A stretch of 64,000 nucleotides of DNA, from contig OZ024741.1 of NCBI GenBank assembly GCA_964016885.1, positions 268,212,001 through 268,276,000 of the forward strand, read 5' to 3'. The stretch comes from Eledone cirrhosa. Taxonomy: Eukaryota. Position 1 is the first letter of the stretch, and the number at the start of each line of letters is the position of its first letter. Below are positions 37,558-50,119 of this stretch, piece after piece. The position numbers and the translations under genes were made by a program. The notes below the pieces were generated by a model. The model saw only the letters and a program-made list of their open reading frames with translations. It did no database searches and was not told where the DNA came from.

Positions 37558-37751
37558 TTAAAATATAAAAATATCTATAATTTCTGTATTTAAGATTTGT
37601 GTGTTTGACTGGTTCAACCAATCACAAACACCATAATAAATTGACCAATCGCAATAACTGTATTATGTAATTGATGATTGGTATGTTAGCATCTGCAAAT
37701 ATGTGTGTGTGTGTTTATGTAAATATATGTGTGTGTGTGTGTATGTATATA

Positions 37752-39285
37752 TAAGGCAATCAAAGATATGAAGACAGGCTAGGCAGCTGGGCCTTTGGAG
37801 ATGCTGAAATGCTGAAAGCATCTGGAATGGTGGGACACACTATGGTCACCCGGATAGTAAACCAAGTCATACAGAATGGGTTCTTACCAAATGACTGGCG
37901 TAGCAGCATCATCATTAACTGCTACAAGAGTAAAGGAGATGCCCTAGATAGGGGAAACTATAAAGGCATTAAATTGGTTGACCAGGTCATGAAGGTCACA
38001 GAAAGAGTTATAGCGCAACTAATCAGAGAACAAATTGATCTAGATGAAATGCAGTTTGGGTTTGTGTCAGGTAAAAGTACCACAGACGCTCGATTTCCCG
38101 CTCCATTATCTGGTGGGCTCTTAGAAAACTAAGTGTTGATGAATGGCTTGTGAGAGCTATACAAGCCATGTATAAAGAAGCAGTCAGCAAGGTTAGAATT
38201 AACAACGAATATAATGAAGAATTTAGTGTAAAAGTAGGTGTTCATCAAGGCTCTGACCTTAGCCCCTTCCTATTTATTATTTCCCTTCAGGCTATAAAAG
38301 AGAAGTTCAAGACCGGCTGCCCATGGGAACTTCTATATGCAGATGATCTAACTCTCATAGCTGAATCGATGGCTGAACTAGAGAAGCATGGCCTAGAATC
38401 AAAAGGCCTTAAAGTTAACTTGTCTGAGACTAAAGTTCTAGTATGTAGAAAGGAAAATAGGGCATTGGTCCCATCTGGCAAATGGCCATGGTCAGTGTGT
38501 AGGAAAGGAGTAGGCAGAAATTCCATTTTATGTCCCAAATGCAAAGTATGGGTACATAAAAGATGTGGAATCACAGGTAAGCTATCTAAAAACGTAGATT
38601 TTATATGTGGCCGATGCTCAGGTGCAATAAGTAACAAGTGCCCACAGGATACTAGCTCCTTCTATTGCCCAGATGGTTCTATAGAAATAGTGGACACCTT
38701 CCGTTACCTGGGTGACAAAATCAGCAGTGGTGGAGGGTGCTCTGAAAGTACAGTAGCCAGAGTCTGAACGGGATGGAAAAAGTTCAGAGAGGTTATACCA
38801 CTATTGGCTGCTAAAGTTTTCTCTCTAAAAATGAAAGGCAGACTGTATGATGCCTGCATACGAACAGCAATGTTACATGGCAGTGAGACCTGGGCATTGT
38901 GTGCAGACTGGAGAAGAACGAAGCATGCATGCTCCATTGGATGTGTAATAGTAATATACGTGAACGGCAAAGCATAAATGAACTAAGTGAGAAATTAGGA
39001 ATAAGAGGGATCAGATTCTGTTTACTCGAGAGAAGACTACGTTGGTATGGTTACGTGATGCGCATGAAAGACGACAGCTGTATAAACAAGTGCAGGGCGA
39101 TCAAAATTGATGGAAGTTACGGAGTAGGTAGACCCAGAAAAGCCTGGGACGACAATAAATTCTGACCTTGCACATTTGCACCTCTCTAAGACAATGTCAC
39201 TGAGCCGAGATCTTTGGCGCTACGCAGTAATACCGAAGACCCGCCTTGCCTATGTACAAAGCGAAACCTACAGTAAGTAGGCACC
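37752..39285 (+). mobile_element. RTE-clade LINE, 5'-truncated
   Basis: KGDALDRGNYKGIKL, EMQFGF, GVHQGS, LYADDL, Cys-rich finger, RLRWYG, GRPRKAW across frameshifts. Confidence 0.92.
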
Positions 39286-40504
39286 TCTTAACCAAATATA
39301 TACCCCATCCCACTACCCCTACTCCCACCAACACCACCCTTTCTCTGTGAAGTTATGTTGGTACCACAACATCCAGTCCAAAATAAATGAGGTCGTGTAG
39401 GTATCATGACAAAAAAAAAAACACAGTCCATGCTGTAATGTGGTCGTGTAGGTAACACGGTAAAAACCTGCCAGTCCACACTGTAAACGTGGTTGGTGTT
39501 AGGAAGGGCATCCAACCGTAGAAAACTTGCCAGACAGTCCTATACAAGCGAGATATGGTCACCCGACCATTCTTGCCCCAAGTAAGACAACTCCCGTCTA
39601 AACCCATGCTAGCGTGGAAGATAGATGTTAAACGATGACGATGATATCATCATCATCATCATCATCAACGTTTAACGTCCGTGTTCCACGCTTGCATGGG
39701 TTTGGACGGGGGTAGTCCCACTTGAGGCAAGAGTGATTGTCTTGCTCGCATAGGACTGTCTGGCAGGTTTTCTACAGTTGGATGCCCTTCCTAACACCAA
39801 CCACATTTACAGTGTGGGTCTGGGAGGTTTTTACCGTGTTGCCTACACGGCCACATTACAGCGTGGACTGTGTGTTTTTTTGTCGTGACATATATATATA
39901 TTTAATTGGCAATAGCATTTAGACATTGTTTAAGCATAATAGGAGTTTATATATAAACATATACTATATGTTTATATATAATAAACATATGGGTCGCCTC
40001 GCTATCAAAGAAAAATATTTTTCATAACATATGTGTGTGTGTATATATGTATATATGTATATATTATAGTAATGCCTGAATTGTTATTAAAAGGTTTTTA
40101 TTCCATTTAATAAAAAATATATATATATATAAGAAATAGAACTATAACCCCCCCCCCCCCCCCCCCCCATACACACTCACTTTAAAATGGGAGTTGTTTT
40201 ATTTTTTCTAATATATTCAATTGACTCAGAAATTAACATTTGTAACCTGACAAATAACCTATTTTCTTTATTGTGTGGCCTTGCGAGGTTGTTATTGTGT
40301 TCTTTGGTATTTCCAATATCCTCAGAACCTGATTGGTTTCTGGTCCTTTCAGCGAGACAGGTGAGTTAGGTGGCAGTTCTGATATAAGTTTGGTTGTTTA
40401 ATTTTCTTTCACTGACATATCATCAAGATTTTAACACCTTTGGTCAGTCTTAGGCAGTTGGTTGATCCTCCTCTTGTTTTCATTGGGTTTGCAGTTTCAA
40501 TTAA

Positions 40505-40655
40505 CCCTTTATCATTTACATTACTCTATATTTACTATTATATTTTCACGGTATATTATATTTTCAAGGCTTTATCTCGTATAATATCAAATCTATGAGA
40601 TTTTGATATTATTTATTTTGAGAACAATACCTTAACATCAGTATGCGCAGCCAGT
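40505..40655 (+). mobile_element. piggyBac-type MITE, truncated
   Basis: TTAA|CCCTTT start and body homologous to 10990-11210. Confidence 0.7.
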
Positions 40656-40679
40656 TTCTTGTGATGCATGGTGTTTCAA

Positions 40680-41880
40680 TTTTCCTGTATGTATTTTGAT
40701 AAACATGTACCTATGACTGAGGATCTGGTAAATCTGATGACTCTTTTATGTGGAGTCTTATTCGTCAAGGTACAGAGAAAGGACCTTATGGAAGAAAGGG
40801 GGTAGAGAGAAGAGGCCTTATTGAAGAAAGAGGGTACAGAAAAGGGACTATTGAAGAAAGGGCTGATGGTAGGGCAGTCTTCTCCCATGCATGTTTAAGA
40901 AGATTAAGTGAATGTAAAGCTAAATTGATAGTTTTCAGCAGTATGCCATTCTCTCTCACACATTGACCATTCCTTTGTCGTTTGTAAGGAGTATTTTGAC
41001 TCTTAATTACTGTTTTGCAAAAAACTGTCGCAGCTTAGCATCCTCAAATTGGGTACCTTGGTCTGAATGTATGCACCCTGGTAACCTAAATATTAAGAGG
41101 TTTAACTTTTTAGCATTTAAACTGGCTGTATCTGGCCAGAATTCTCTCACCTCTTTCTATCCAAAACGGTCATAACTGGCCACTCATACTGATGTTACGG
41201 CCTTGTTCTCAAAATAAATAATATCAAAATCTCATAGATTTGAAATTAGGTGAGGTAAAGCTTTTACTGTGAGAATACAATAGTAAATATAGAGTAATGT
41301 ATATGCTAAAGGGTTAATAGTTATGTCATTACAGTCTCGCTACTCATCAACCTGCACCAGTAAATATGTTCTTTGTAAAACCTGGAAGAAGACTCACAAA
41401 ATCAATTGAAACTCACTCCTAGGATCTGGTGGCATGTATTAGCAACCTAGTTAAACCGGGATGACATAGTTGGCAGTAGAATATTGATAGGCTTGTGGTT
41501 GTTTATAAGCCACCACATCTGGATACAGCATCTGCCTCATTCAAAATACTGGAGGAAATCTAAGTCAGATAACTCTGTCTGCCATCCACTGAATTTGTCA
41601 CTTTGGTTTTTTGTTGTTTTGTGCTGATCAAAGATGATAAACACAGAACATTGATCTGTTACAATATTACAATGTGGAACACAACTCATGAAATGCTGCC
41701 ATTTACAACAGCATTCAACAACTGCTCATGTCTCTCTTCTCGTGTGTTGAAAAGAAAGCAACTGGTCGTCTGTTTTGCATTAATATTCCCCCAAGTGCAG
41801 TGTCAGATTCATCTGTCTCGATTAGAAGTATGTCATGTATAGGGGCAGCTAATAAAGACATAGTTAAGACTTCCTTTACA
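40680..41880 (-). mobile_element. Ty3/Gypsy pol relic (RNase H-integrase), interrupted by a MITE
   Basis: Minus-strand NEADAVSR, LIHAT..E.VSIDF, IHSDQGTQF, SIRSFLCTLTNKTPH integrase motifs. Confidence 0.7.
41106..41313 (-). mobile_element. piggyBac-type MITE
   Basis: Reverse-complement copy with TTAA flanks. Confidence 0.8.
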
Positions 41881-41916
41881 TGTTTTATTGAAACATTGGC
41901 TTCTTTATATAGACCA

Positions 41917-42760
41917 CTAGCAGTAAAGCCCGGCGTTGCTCGGGGTCGCTCAGTAGCTGTGTTAAAGTTACAATGTTAAGTTTCTTTCTTGGTTTAAAAA
42001 CTGTAGTGTCTACTGTGCAGACTTGCATGTGGTGTTTTTGATTAATATTCCCTCAACCAACAATATGCCTTATGAAGTTAAGAAAACATAACGATAACCC
42101 GAATGTTATAACAAAAGAGGATGCTGGGGATAAAAACTGCACTGGTTATTTATTAACAAAGATCGAAAATGTAAACACTGCAACGCAGAGAAAAACATTA
42201 GCATAACCAAATTATCAGTTATGTCTGTCTGCACGCCTATATCACCTCTCTGCACGACTGTCTGTCTGCACGCCTATATCACCTCTCTGCACGACTGTCT
42301 GTCTGCACGCCTGAAATATTTGCTTGTTTTACGTAGTCTTTAAATAGACTTGTTTTCAAGTAAAAATATTGTTTTAAAATGCTTTTAAATGGAAATGAAG
42401 CAAAACGGAAGCTTAGTGTTCGAACTGATGAATTTTGCAGGTCAATATTTTGCTGGCTCGACAACTGTTCGTGTATTGTGTTAATGTCATTTTAAACGCT
42501 GAGAAAGCCAGCGTAATTTTTTACGTAAGACGCTCAATGTAAACAGAACAAAGGGAAATAACTGATAACTTACGCTCAAAAATCGATACATTATATTCGA
42601 TTTCGTCAGATAGGGTGGGTCAATTTGAAATTTTTTTTTTCCGATGTCTTCGCTAGGGCTCAATGTACAAGTATAGCAATTTCGGTGCAATTCCGTGAGA
42701 GATTCTAAGAGGAGATGTGTGCCAAAAATCGATAGACAACCACAGTTTTATATATATAGA
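41917..42760 (-). mobile_element. Non-autonomous Helitron
   Basis: Minus strand A|TCTATATATATAAAA 5' end; CCCGAGCAACGCCGGG hairpin then CTAG|T; internal short tandem duplication at ~42225-42312. Confidence 0.8.
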
Positions 42761-43034
42761 TTGGTATTGATTGTTTCCTGTGATTCGGAAAGGGGAACTG
42801 TCAGTTCCGAACAGCAAGAGGTCCATTTTATATATATAAATGTATATCATCATCATCATCATCATTTTACGTCCGCTTTTCCCTGCTTGCAAGAGTGGGA
42901 CGGGTCCTATTCAGCATCTTCCACTTGTATATATATATATGTATATATAATATATAGAAGTACCAAACTCGTCCCATGGACTGAGTGCTCTACCCTTACG
43001 GATATTACCTTCCAGTGTTCTACCTCTATCATCA

Positions 43035-43374
43035 TTCATTCATCATTTCATTTTACGTCCGCTTTTTCCCTGCTTGCAAGGGTGAGACGGGAACTGATTC
43101 TGGCTTGAATTCTACAGCTGGATGCCCTTCCTAACACCAGCCTCATTTACAGTGAGTGCTGGGTGCTTTTTTGCCGTGGCACCTCCACGACCATTTTCAG
43201 TGGAATGATATGGACCCCAGTCCCTATCATCTCATTTCTACAGCTGAGTAAACTGGAGCAATGTGAAATAAAGTGTCTTGCTCAAGGAAACAGCACATCA
43301 CCCGGTCTGAGAATTCAACTCACAACCTTTCGATTGCAAGGCCAATGCTCTAACCACTAAGCTATGTGCCTCCA
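43035..43374 (-). mobile_element. SINE family A copy
   Basis: Near-identical to 3691-4066 and 56288-56633. Confidence 0.8.
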
Positions 43375-43385
43375 CTATATAAATG

Positions 43386-43454
<69 letters not shown>

Positions 43455-43590
43455 TATACATATATATATATACATACATATATAAATAAATATACACGGG
43501 TGTGTATGATTGTGATTAGAAGATTATATTAATAAAAGGAATTCCAACTTTGTCTGATTTACTCATTTTATTTACAATCCTTTAAAATTA

Positions 43591-44177
43591 TAATGGTATT
43601 ATAATGAAATAGTATGGTAGAGTATTAAATGTTAAGTGTTAATTGAACAAGTACTTTCATGCTTTCGCAATCTTCAAGTTCATATTCTGTGGTGACAGTC
43701 AAGTTTGCAATTTTCAACTGTAATGAGATGGGTAAATTTTGTGCCTTATATACAGTGAAAAGCGACTACAGAATGCTAAGTTTTGCAAACTGTATTTCGA
43801 CCAATGATGAAAATAGCATTTTCTAGGGTTTTTTAAAAAAGTCTTCAGTAATCATCACCATCAACATCACTTTTATTATTATTATTATTGTTGTTGTTGT
43901 TAGTGGTGGTAGTCGACATGGTTGTAGGCGTAGTCATAGTAGAAGTAATACCCCTAAGCATTATTATTGTTCATTTAGCTTGGGTTGGAATTTATCAATA
44001 AAATTCTTTTCACTGTATATAAGGCACAAAATTTATCCATCTCATTACAGTTGAAAATTGCAAACTTGAGTGTCACCACAAAATATGAACCTGAAGATTG
44101 CGAAAGCATGAGAGTGCTTGTTCAATTAACACTTTACATTTAATATTCTACCATACTATTTCATTATAATATCATTA
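43591..44177. repeat. Long inverted repeat (~150-170 bp arms) carrying a hammerhead-like motif in each arm
   Basis: 43591-43762 is the reverse complement of 44026-44177 with scattered mismatches. Confidence 0.9.
44086..44124 (+). ncRNA. Minimal type I hammerhead ribozyme-like motif
   Basis: TGAAC-CTGAAGA-ttgc-GAAA-GCA-tgagag-TGC-T-T-GTTCA: stem I, conserved core and stem III present, helix II essentially absent. Confidence 0.55.
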
Positions 44178-44328
44178 GTGTGGGGGAGAGAGAGAATCTA
44201 ATGGTGGTGATTACATATTTAATTTTGGCTTAAATTTGTTAATAAATCGTTTTTCTTTATTTATTAATAAATTTAAACCAAAATTAGATATGTAATCACC
44301 CCCATTGGATTCTCTCTCTCTCACACAC
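44178..44328. repeat. Fold-back palindrome, ~70-bp arms
   Basis: GAGAGAGAATCTAATGG...TAATAAAT / ATTTATTA...CCATTGGATTCTCTCTC. Confidence 0.85.
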
Positions 44329-44602
44329 CACAAAATAAGAGAAAAAATTGCTCATACACACATTTTCCAAAAATTCGATAACCGGTTATATTTTATATAC
44401 ATTATAAAACTTTTCTAAAAGAATTGTCCCTCTCATTTTTTCAATAATGTCAAAGAAAGGAAAAAAAAAGAAAAACAAACCCTTAAATATATTTTCCATA
44501 CTATTTCCAGTCTCACCTTTTCTCTATAACCACTGTTTTATATAGAACCTTCTTTTTTCAAATATATACATATATATATATATATATATACACACATACA
44601 TA

Positions 44603-44820
44603 CAGAGTCCACCAATAAAATGTATACACACTTTAGAAGAAATATATATATATATTCAATTATTCAACAGTACATTTCTTGCATCAAGATATCTCAACAT
44701 GGAAACTCATCTTTTGTTTGTGTGTGCATATATAGAGAGAGAGATAGGTGGGTGAATATTTCATGTTAAATGTTTATACAAGTTTTTCTTTTCCTGAAAT
44801 GTGTATACATTTTTTTGTGG
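44603..44820. mobile_element. Tc1/mariner-type MITE, right end truncated
   Basis: TA|CAGAGTCCACCAATAAAATGTATACAC ... GTGTATACATTTTTTTGTGG inverted ends. Confidence 0.5.
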
Positions 44821-45072
44821 CATGGAACAAACTGCCTGCGTCAGTTGTTAGCTGCCGAGACACTGCATCCTTTAAAACCCTCATGCTTCCCGAAATTTGC
44901 CAAAAGTACACCTGATGTCCCTCTTCCATACACATGCACACATGTGTATATCATGACTCATGCACTGTTCATTTTCCTGACGTGTGTACATTACCCTATG
45001 TACTATACATACACTTTTGATGAGTTGTAGTGCACCTGAGCACTGTACACAATATTTTCATTATCATTATCA
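44819..45072 (+). mobile_element. CR1-type LINE 3' end
   Basis: WNKLPASVVSCRDTASFK then 3' UTR and (ATT)n; copies at 57060-57340 (-) and 24215-24405 (+). Confidence 0.7.
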
Positions 45073-45244
45073 TAATCAACTAAATCATTACATGGTGTTA
45101 GGTGTAGCACTCAAGGGAGAGAATGAGCTCTGATTCTAAAACTTACTATAAACTGGATTCTGACTGGCATGGTTGGCAGTTGTGGTGGTATTACCTGGTA
45201 ACATATTAAGTCTCCTAACCCTAAATTGGAGACAATGGGTTTAA

Positions 45245-45462
45245 CCCTTTAGCATTTATATTATTCTATATTTACTAATATATTTTCACAGTAAAGGTTT
45301 TATCTCGCGTAATATTTTACATAATATCGAATCTATGAGATTTTGATGTTATTTATTTTAAGAACAATACCTTAACATCAGCATGAGCAGCTGGTTACGA
45401 CCGTTTTGATCAGAAAGAGGTGAGAGAATTCTGACCAGATACGGCTGGTTTTAGTACTAAAA
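45245..45462 (+). mobile_element. piggyBac-type MITE
   Basis: TTAA|CCCTTTAGCATTTA start; homologous body. Confidence 0.78.
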
Positions 45463-45910
45463 TTTGAGGGTGCATGAAGCGTTAAAGGGCAATAATTGTC
45501 TCAGCTGAATAAGGAAATCACAGAACCAATATAAGAGGGTCTTATAGCAGTTTGAACAGCACCAAAGGTACAGCAGGTATTGAAAAACAGTCAACTCATA
45601 ATTTTTATATCTACTTTTCCATGTTGGCATGAGTTGGATGGGTTAGTTTCAATACAGTATCACCCCTCTTGTCACAATCCTTCATTGGCTCTTTTGTCTT
45701 CTCTTCCACAGGCTTATGCTTTCTGTTTTGAAACTGTTTTGCCCGACTACTATACTCCACATCTCTATGCACATTACATAAACATACATCTCCTTATACA
45801 TTACATATGCATATATCTCTATACACATCCACACACATCACACCTTAAAACTCTCTACACCATCCTGCATTATTATTCCATCTAAACAATTCTACTTTAA
45901 ATATTTTCAG

Positions 45911-46014
45911 GCCAAGTTTCTTGATTTTAAGATACAAAATATGGTTGGCAGTTGTGACGTAAAGTTTCCCATTCGTCTAGAAGGTTTGGTTTTAACACAT
46001 CAACAGTTCTCAAG
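45911..46014 (+). CDS. TBP: TBP exon 5
   Basis: [34 protein letters not shown]; ttttcag| and |gtaaga. Confidence 0.97.
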
Positions 46015-46170
46015 GTAAGATTGGTGGAATTGTTACAGTATCGGACAAAATGCTTTGCAATGTTTCAGTTCAAATCCTGCTATGGTCAACATTAATTACC
46101 ATTCATCCTTCTAAAGTTGATAAAATAAAGTCCCAGTCAAGTACTGGGATTGATATAAGCAACTTTCCCC

Positions 46171-46565
46171 TCCCTAGATCTTAGGAGGTTGTCATGTCTT
46201 TGGTGCAGTTGAAGAGTCCTCTCTACTCCCTAGATCTTAGGAGGTTGTCATGTCTTTGGTGCAGTTGAAGAGTTCTCTCTACTCCCTAGATCTTAGGAGG
46301 TTGTCATGTCTTTGGTGCAGTTGAAGAGTCCTCTCTACTCCCTAGATCTTAGGAGGTTGTCATGTCTTTGGTGCAGTTGAAGAGTTCTCTCTACTCCCTA
46401 GATCTTAGGAGGTTGTCATGTCTTTGGTGCAGTTGAAGAGTCCTCTCTACTCCCTAGATCTTAGGAGGTTGTCATGTCTTTGGTGCAGTTGAAGAGTTCT
46501 CTCTACTCCCTAGATCTTAGGAGGTTGTCATGTCTTTGGTGCAGTTGAAGAGTCCTCTCTACTCC
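46171..46565. repeat. 56-bp tandem repeat, 7 copies
   Basis: TCCCTAGATCTTAGGAGGTTGTCATGTCTTTGGTGCAGTTGAAGAGTYCTCTCTAC starting at 46171, 46227, ... 46507. Confidence 0.97.
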
Positions 46566-47245
46566 TTGGCAAGTTTTCTATATCTGGTTGCCTTTCCTAT
46601 CACCAACTATCTTATAGGTGTACATCATAAGACAATGTGGTTATAACTTACATCTCTCCAAATAGTGTTTAGATTGTTAGTACTTCTACATGTAGTTGTC
46701 TGCCCTTCTTAACACCAACCACTTCACCATCAGTGGAGAAATACATACTTTACAGCCACAGTCACTGGACACAAATATATTTTCTTATAAGGCTGGTGCA
46801 CTGCCCACTGGTCTCCAACAGAACTAGGGAGATTCGACATAAACGCTCACTCATGCTAGAAACAACAATCAAATCTCTCTCACATCACATCCTAGTGTCT
46901 TAATAAGGATGTTGGACTCAGAATCATAAAGTCGTAGCTTCAATTCCTGGAACAGGTGACCTGTTGTTTTTGACAAAATATTCTATTTTACAGTACTCCT
47001 TTTGCCAGGAGTTGTGACTGGCAGACAGTACCAGCAATGGGAAGAATGGAAACATTGTTTTCTTGGTCCAATCTGACAATCATTCTCTCTCAATACGGAA
47101 GGAACATATTTCTTAATATGGTTCTTGTGTCCTTCCTAGTAGAAGGGCATGCTAAGATGGTCATGACTAGAATGCCTTTGATCAGGTTGGATATGGGACT
47201 AAACAATAACAAATATAAGCATGTGTATTTAGAATACAACAACGA

Positions 47246-47547
47246 TTGAAAATTGAATTAGAAGTTTTCACCTTATTTTGACCACAGAAAATAGTCTAAC
47301 AGGGCATATAACCCCCATAATGGTAAAAAAAAATGGGCATCAGCATGCGTGGGAATCAAACCCACACCTCTTATCTGGATAAGTATGCTAGACTGATTAC
47401 ACCAACCTGTCCACCTTTATCCAGACAATAAGAGGTGTGGGTTTAATTCCCCCACATGCTGGTTCCCCATGTGTTTCTATTATGGGGCTTGTGTGCCCTT
47501 ATTTTCTGTACTTAAAATGCATCAAAAGCTTCCAATTCAATTTTCAA
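47246..47547. repeat. Degenerate fold-back with tRNA-like centre
   Basis: TTGAAAATTGAATT...CCCACACCTCTTATCTGGATAA mirrored by TTATCCAGA...AAGAGGTGTGGG...AATTCAATTTTCAA. Confidence 0.7.
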
Positions 47548-48599
47548 ATAACATGTATTTTACCCTAGTTTTGTCATAACATAATCCTGGTGATACTGTA
47601 TCAAAACCACCAGAGGGAACACTTCAATAGTTACACCTCAGCTGACCTCCACAAATTCCACACTGTAAATGTGGTTGGCATTATGAAAGGCATCTGGCTG
47701 TAGAAACCAAGCCAGAAACAGTTCTGACTCGTCTCACAATGGAACAACTCATCTAAGCCATACTAGTGTGGAAAAATGGACGTTAAACAGTGATGATGAA
47801 GATTTTAATATTCCTTCCATTGAGCATTTTAACACTAAAACACTTTTTCATGCAGTTTATTCTTTGAATATCCTGAATTATCCACATCAACCAGTATATA
47901 ATATTCCATATCTATCTACTAGTCAGTCTCTCATCATTACTTTAGCAAGTACTGTTTCAATAGAGGGGGAGGGGGGTTACCATATTTCTAATGAAAGACA
48001 CTGCCTATAATTTTCAGTTAGTTTTGAAAATAATAAAGAATTTGAAGGGATTTAGTAGCATAACTAACTTTCTTATTATTTAGTTGATATTTGGAATATA
48101 ACCAAAAATTTGATGGCATTTACTAATATGAAGTCTAAAGTCAGTCTCAAGCCTGGAAGCTCATCAGACTGGTGCTTATCCCAGTTTCCACGGCGTGAAA
48201 TGACTGAAAGTACAAGACTTCCCCTGGACAGGATACCAATCCATTGCAAGGTTAAGCCCCCACCTATTGCTGGTACTCATTTTCAGCTAAGTATACTGGC
48301 GCAACATGAAATGAAGTGTTTTGCTCAAGAACACAACACAACAAAATCCAGGAATTGAACCCATGACATTATGATCATAAGTCCAACACCCTTACCACTA
48401 AGTCACATGCCTCCACTCACTATCTCATTATTAAGCTTCATGTCTGTAACATAACTTAACAAAGGTTCTTGCATAAAATTATGGTGCTAAGCTTTTAGAT
48501 AAATATAAAATTTTGTATCATAGTGCCAAAAGCAGTTTCAGGTGGTTAAGAGTTAAGACTGAAATATGTCCAGAGTTGTCTTCCATACTCACTGAAAAT

Positions 48600-48785
48600 A
48601 ATTGTTTCTACTTTTGGCACAAGGCCAGCAATCACCCAGTGCATTACTGGTACTTTATTTTATCGACCCCGTAAGGATGAAAGGCAAAGTTAACCTCGGC
48701 GGGATTTGAACTCAGAATGGCAAGGGCCGTAACTCTATGCATCAAAGCATGGCATCCAACCCTCTACCGATACTGCCAATTCACC
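48600..48785 (-). mobile_element. SINE family B, young copy
   Basis: Near-identical to 17205-17392. Confidence 0.8.
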
Positions 48786-50119
48786 GACTGAAAATAATAT
48801 TGATTTGTATTTCTCTTTCTTCAGTCTTTTCATTTTTTTTTTGCTTCCTGTATTAAATTTTAAGTATTAAACTTAATTAATCCCCTAGTTTAACACTGCT
48901 TAAACCTAGCTCTTTGGTGCTTTTAGCAGAATTGACTATATTACAAATATTCAGTCTAGGTCTCCAGTCTGAAGATCACTCCCCATCACCCTCACCAGTC
49001 ACTGAAGCCCTGAAAAATAAAGGGTCATATGTACTGCTTATCCTCCTCTGGTTAAGTCATGTGGCTTAGTGGTTTGGGTGTTGGACTTACGATCATAATG
49101 TCATGGGTTTAATTCCTGGATTGGGTGATGCGTTGTGTTTTTGAGCAAAACACTTAATTTCACATTGCTCCAGTACACTCAGCTAAAAATGAGTACCAGC
49201 AGTATCTGAGGGTTAACCTTGCAGTGAACTGATGTCATGTCCTTGGGAATCTTATACTCTGTTGCTTAGCGCCGATGAAACCAGGTCGATGAGGCCTTCG
49301 AATTTGGAGGGATAAAGGATAGATACGTGTTTAAGATAAATAAATTGGCAGCTCTGAGTTCAAATCTCACCATAGTCAACTTTGACCTTTCATACTTTTA
49401 TGGTTGAGAGGGCTAATTGGTTGTTAGAATATTGAAAAAAATGTTTTGTGGTATTCGTTCCAATTCCCTGCACTCTGGATTCAGATCCTGCCATGATCAA
49501 CTTTGCCTTTCATCCTTTTGAAGTCAACAAAAAAAGAAGTATCCTTTATATCTCTTTCTCTTCTCTCCTTCTTTGGAAGAAATAAGCTATGTTCAGACTT
49601 GGAGAGGAATGGGGTCTGCCAGATTTAAAAATCACTCCATTAGGAACACAGCTGATTTCTATGAGAGAAGGAGAGTGATAGAGAGTAAGAGAGAAAAATA
49701 TATAGAGTAAGAAACAACCCCAGTACTGAACTGGTAATTTTTTTATCAACCTCAAAAGGATGAAAAGCAAAGTTGGCCTTGGTGGAATTTTACTACAGAG
49801 CGCAGAGAGATGGAACAGATACCACAAAGCATTCTAACCAGTATTCTAACAACTCTGTCAATTTGTTGCCTTTGTTAGTGATGACATATCATTATTTAAC
49901 GTCTATTTTTCCATGTTTGTATGGGTTAGACAGGTCGTCCACATTATGAGACAAGATGTGAAAGTAGAGGATCAACTAGTTAACTAGCCCAAACCACGAA
50001 GCTCATGGTTGATCCTCTATTTTCACTAATATACTCATTCTCCATCATACCATATATCGAGTACTTCTCTGATTTGTGGTCTTCCTGTCCCTGTACCTCA
50101 GACTATCAATATATATATG

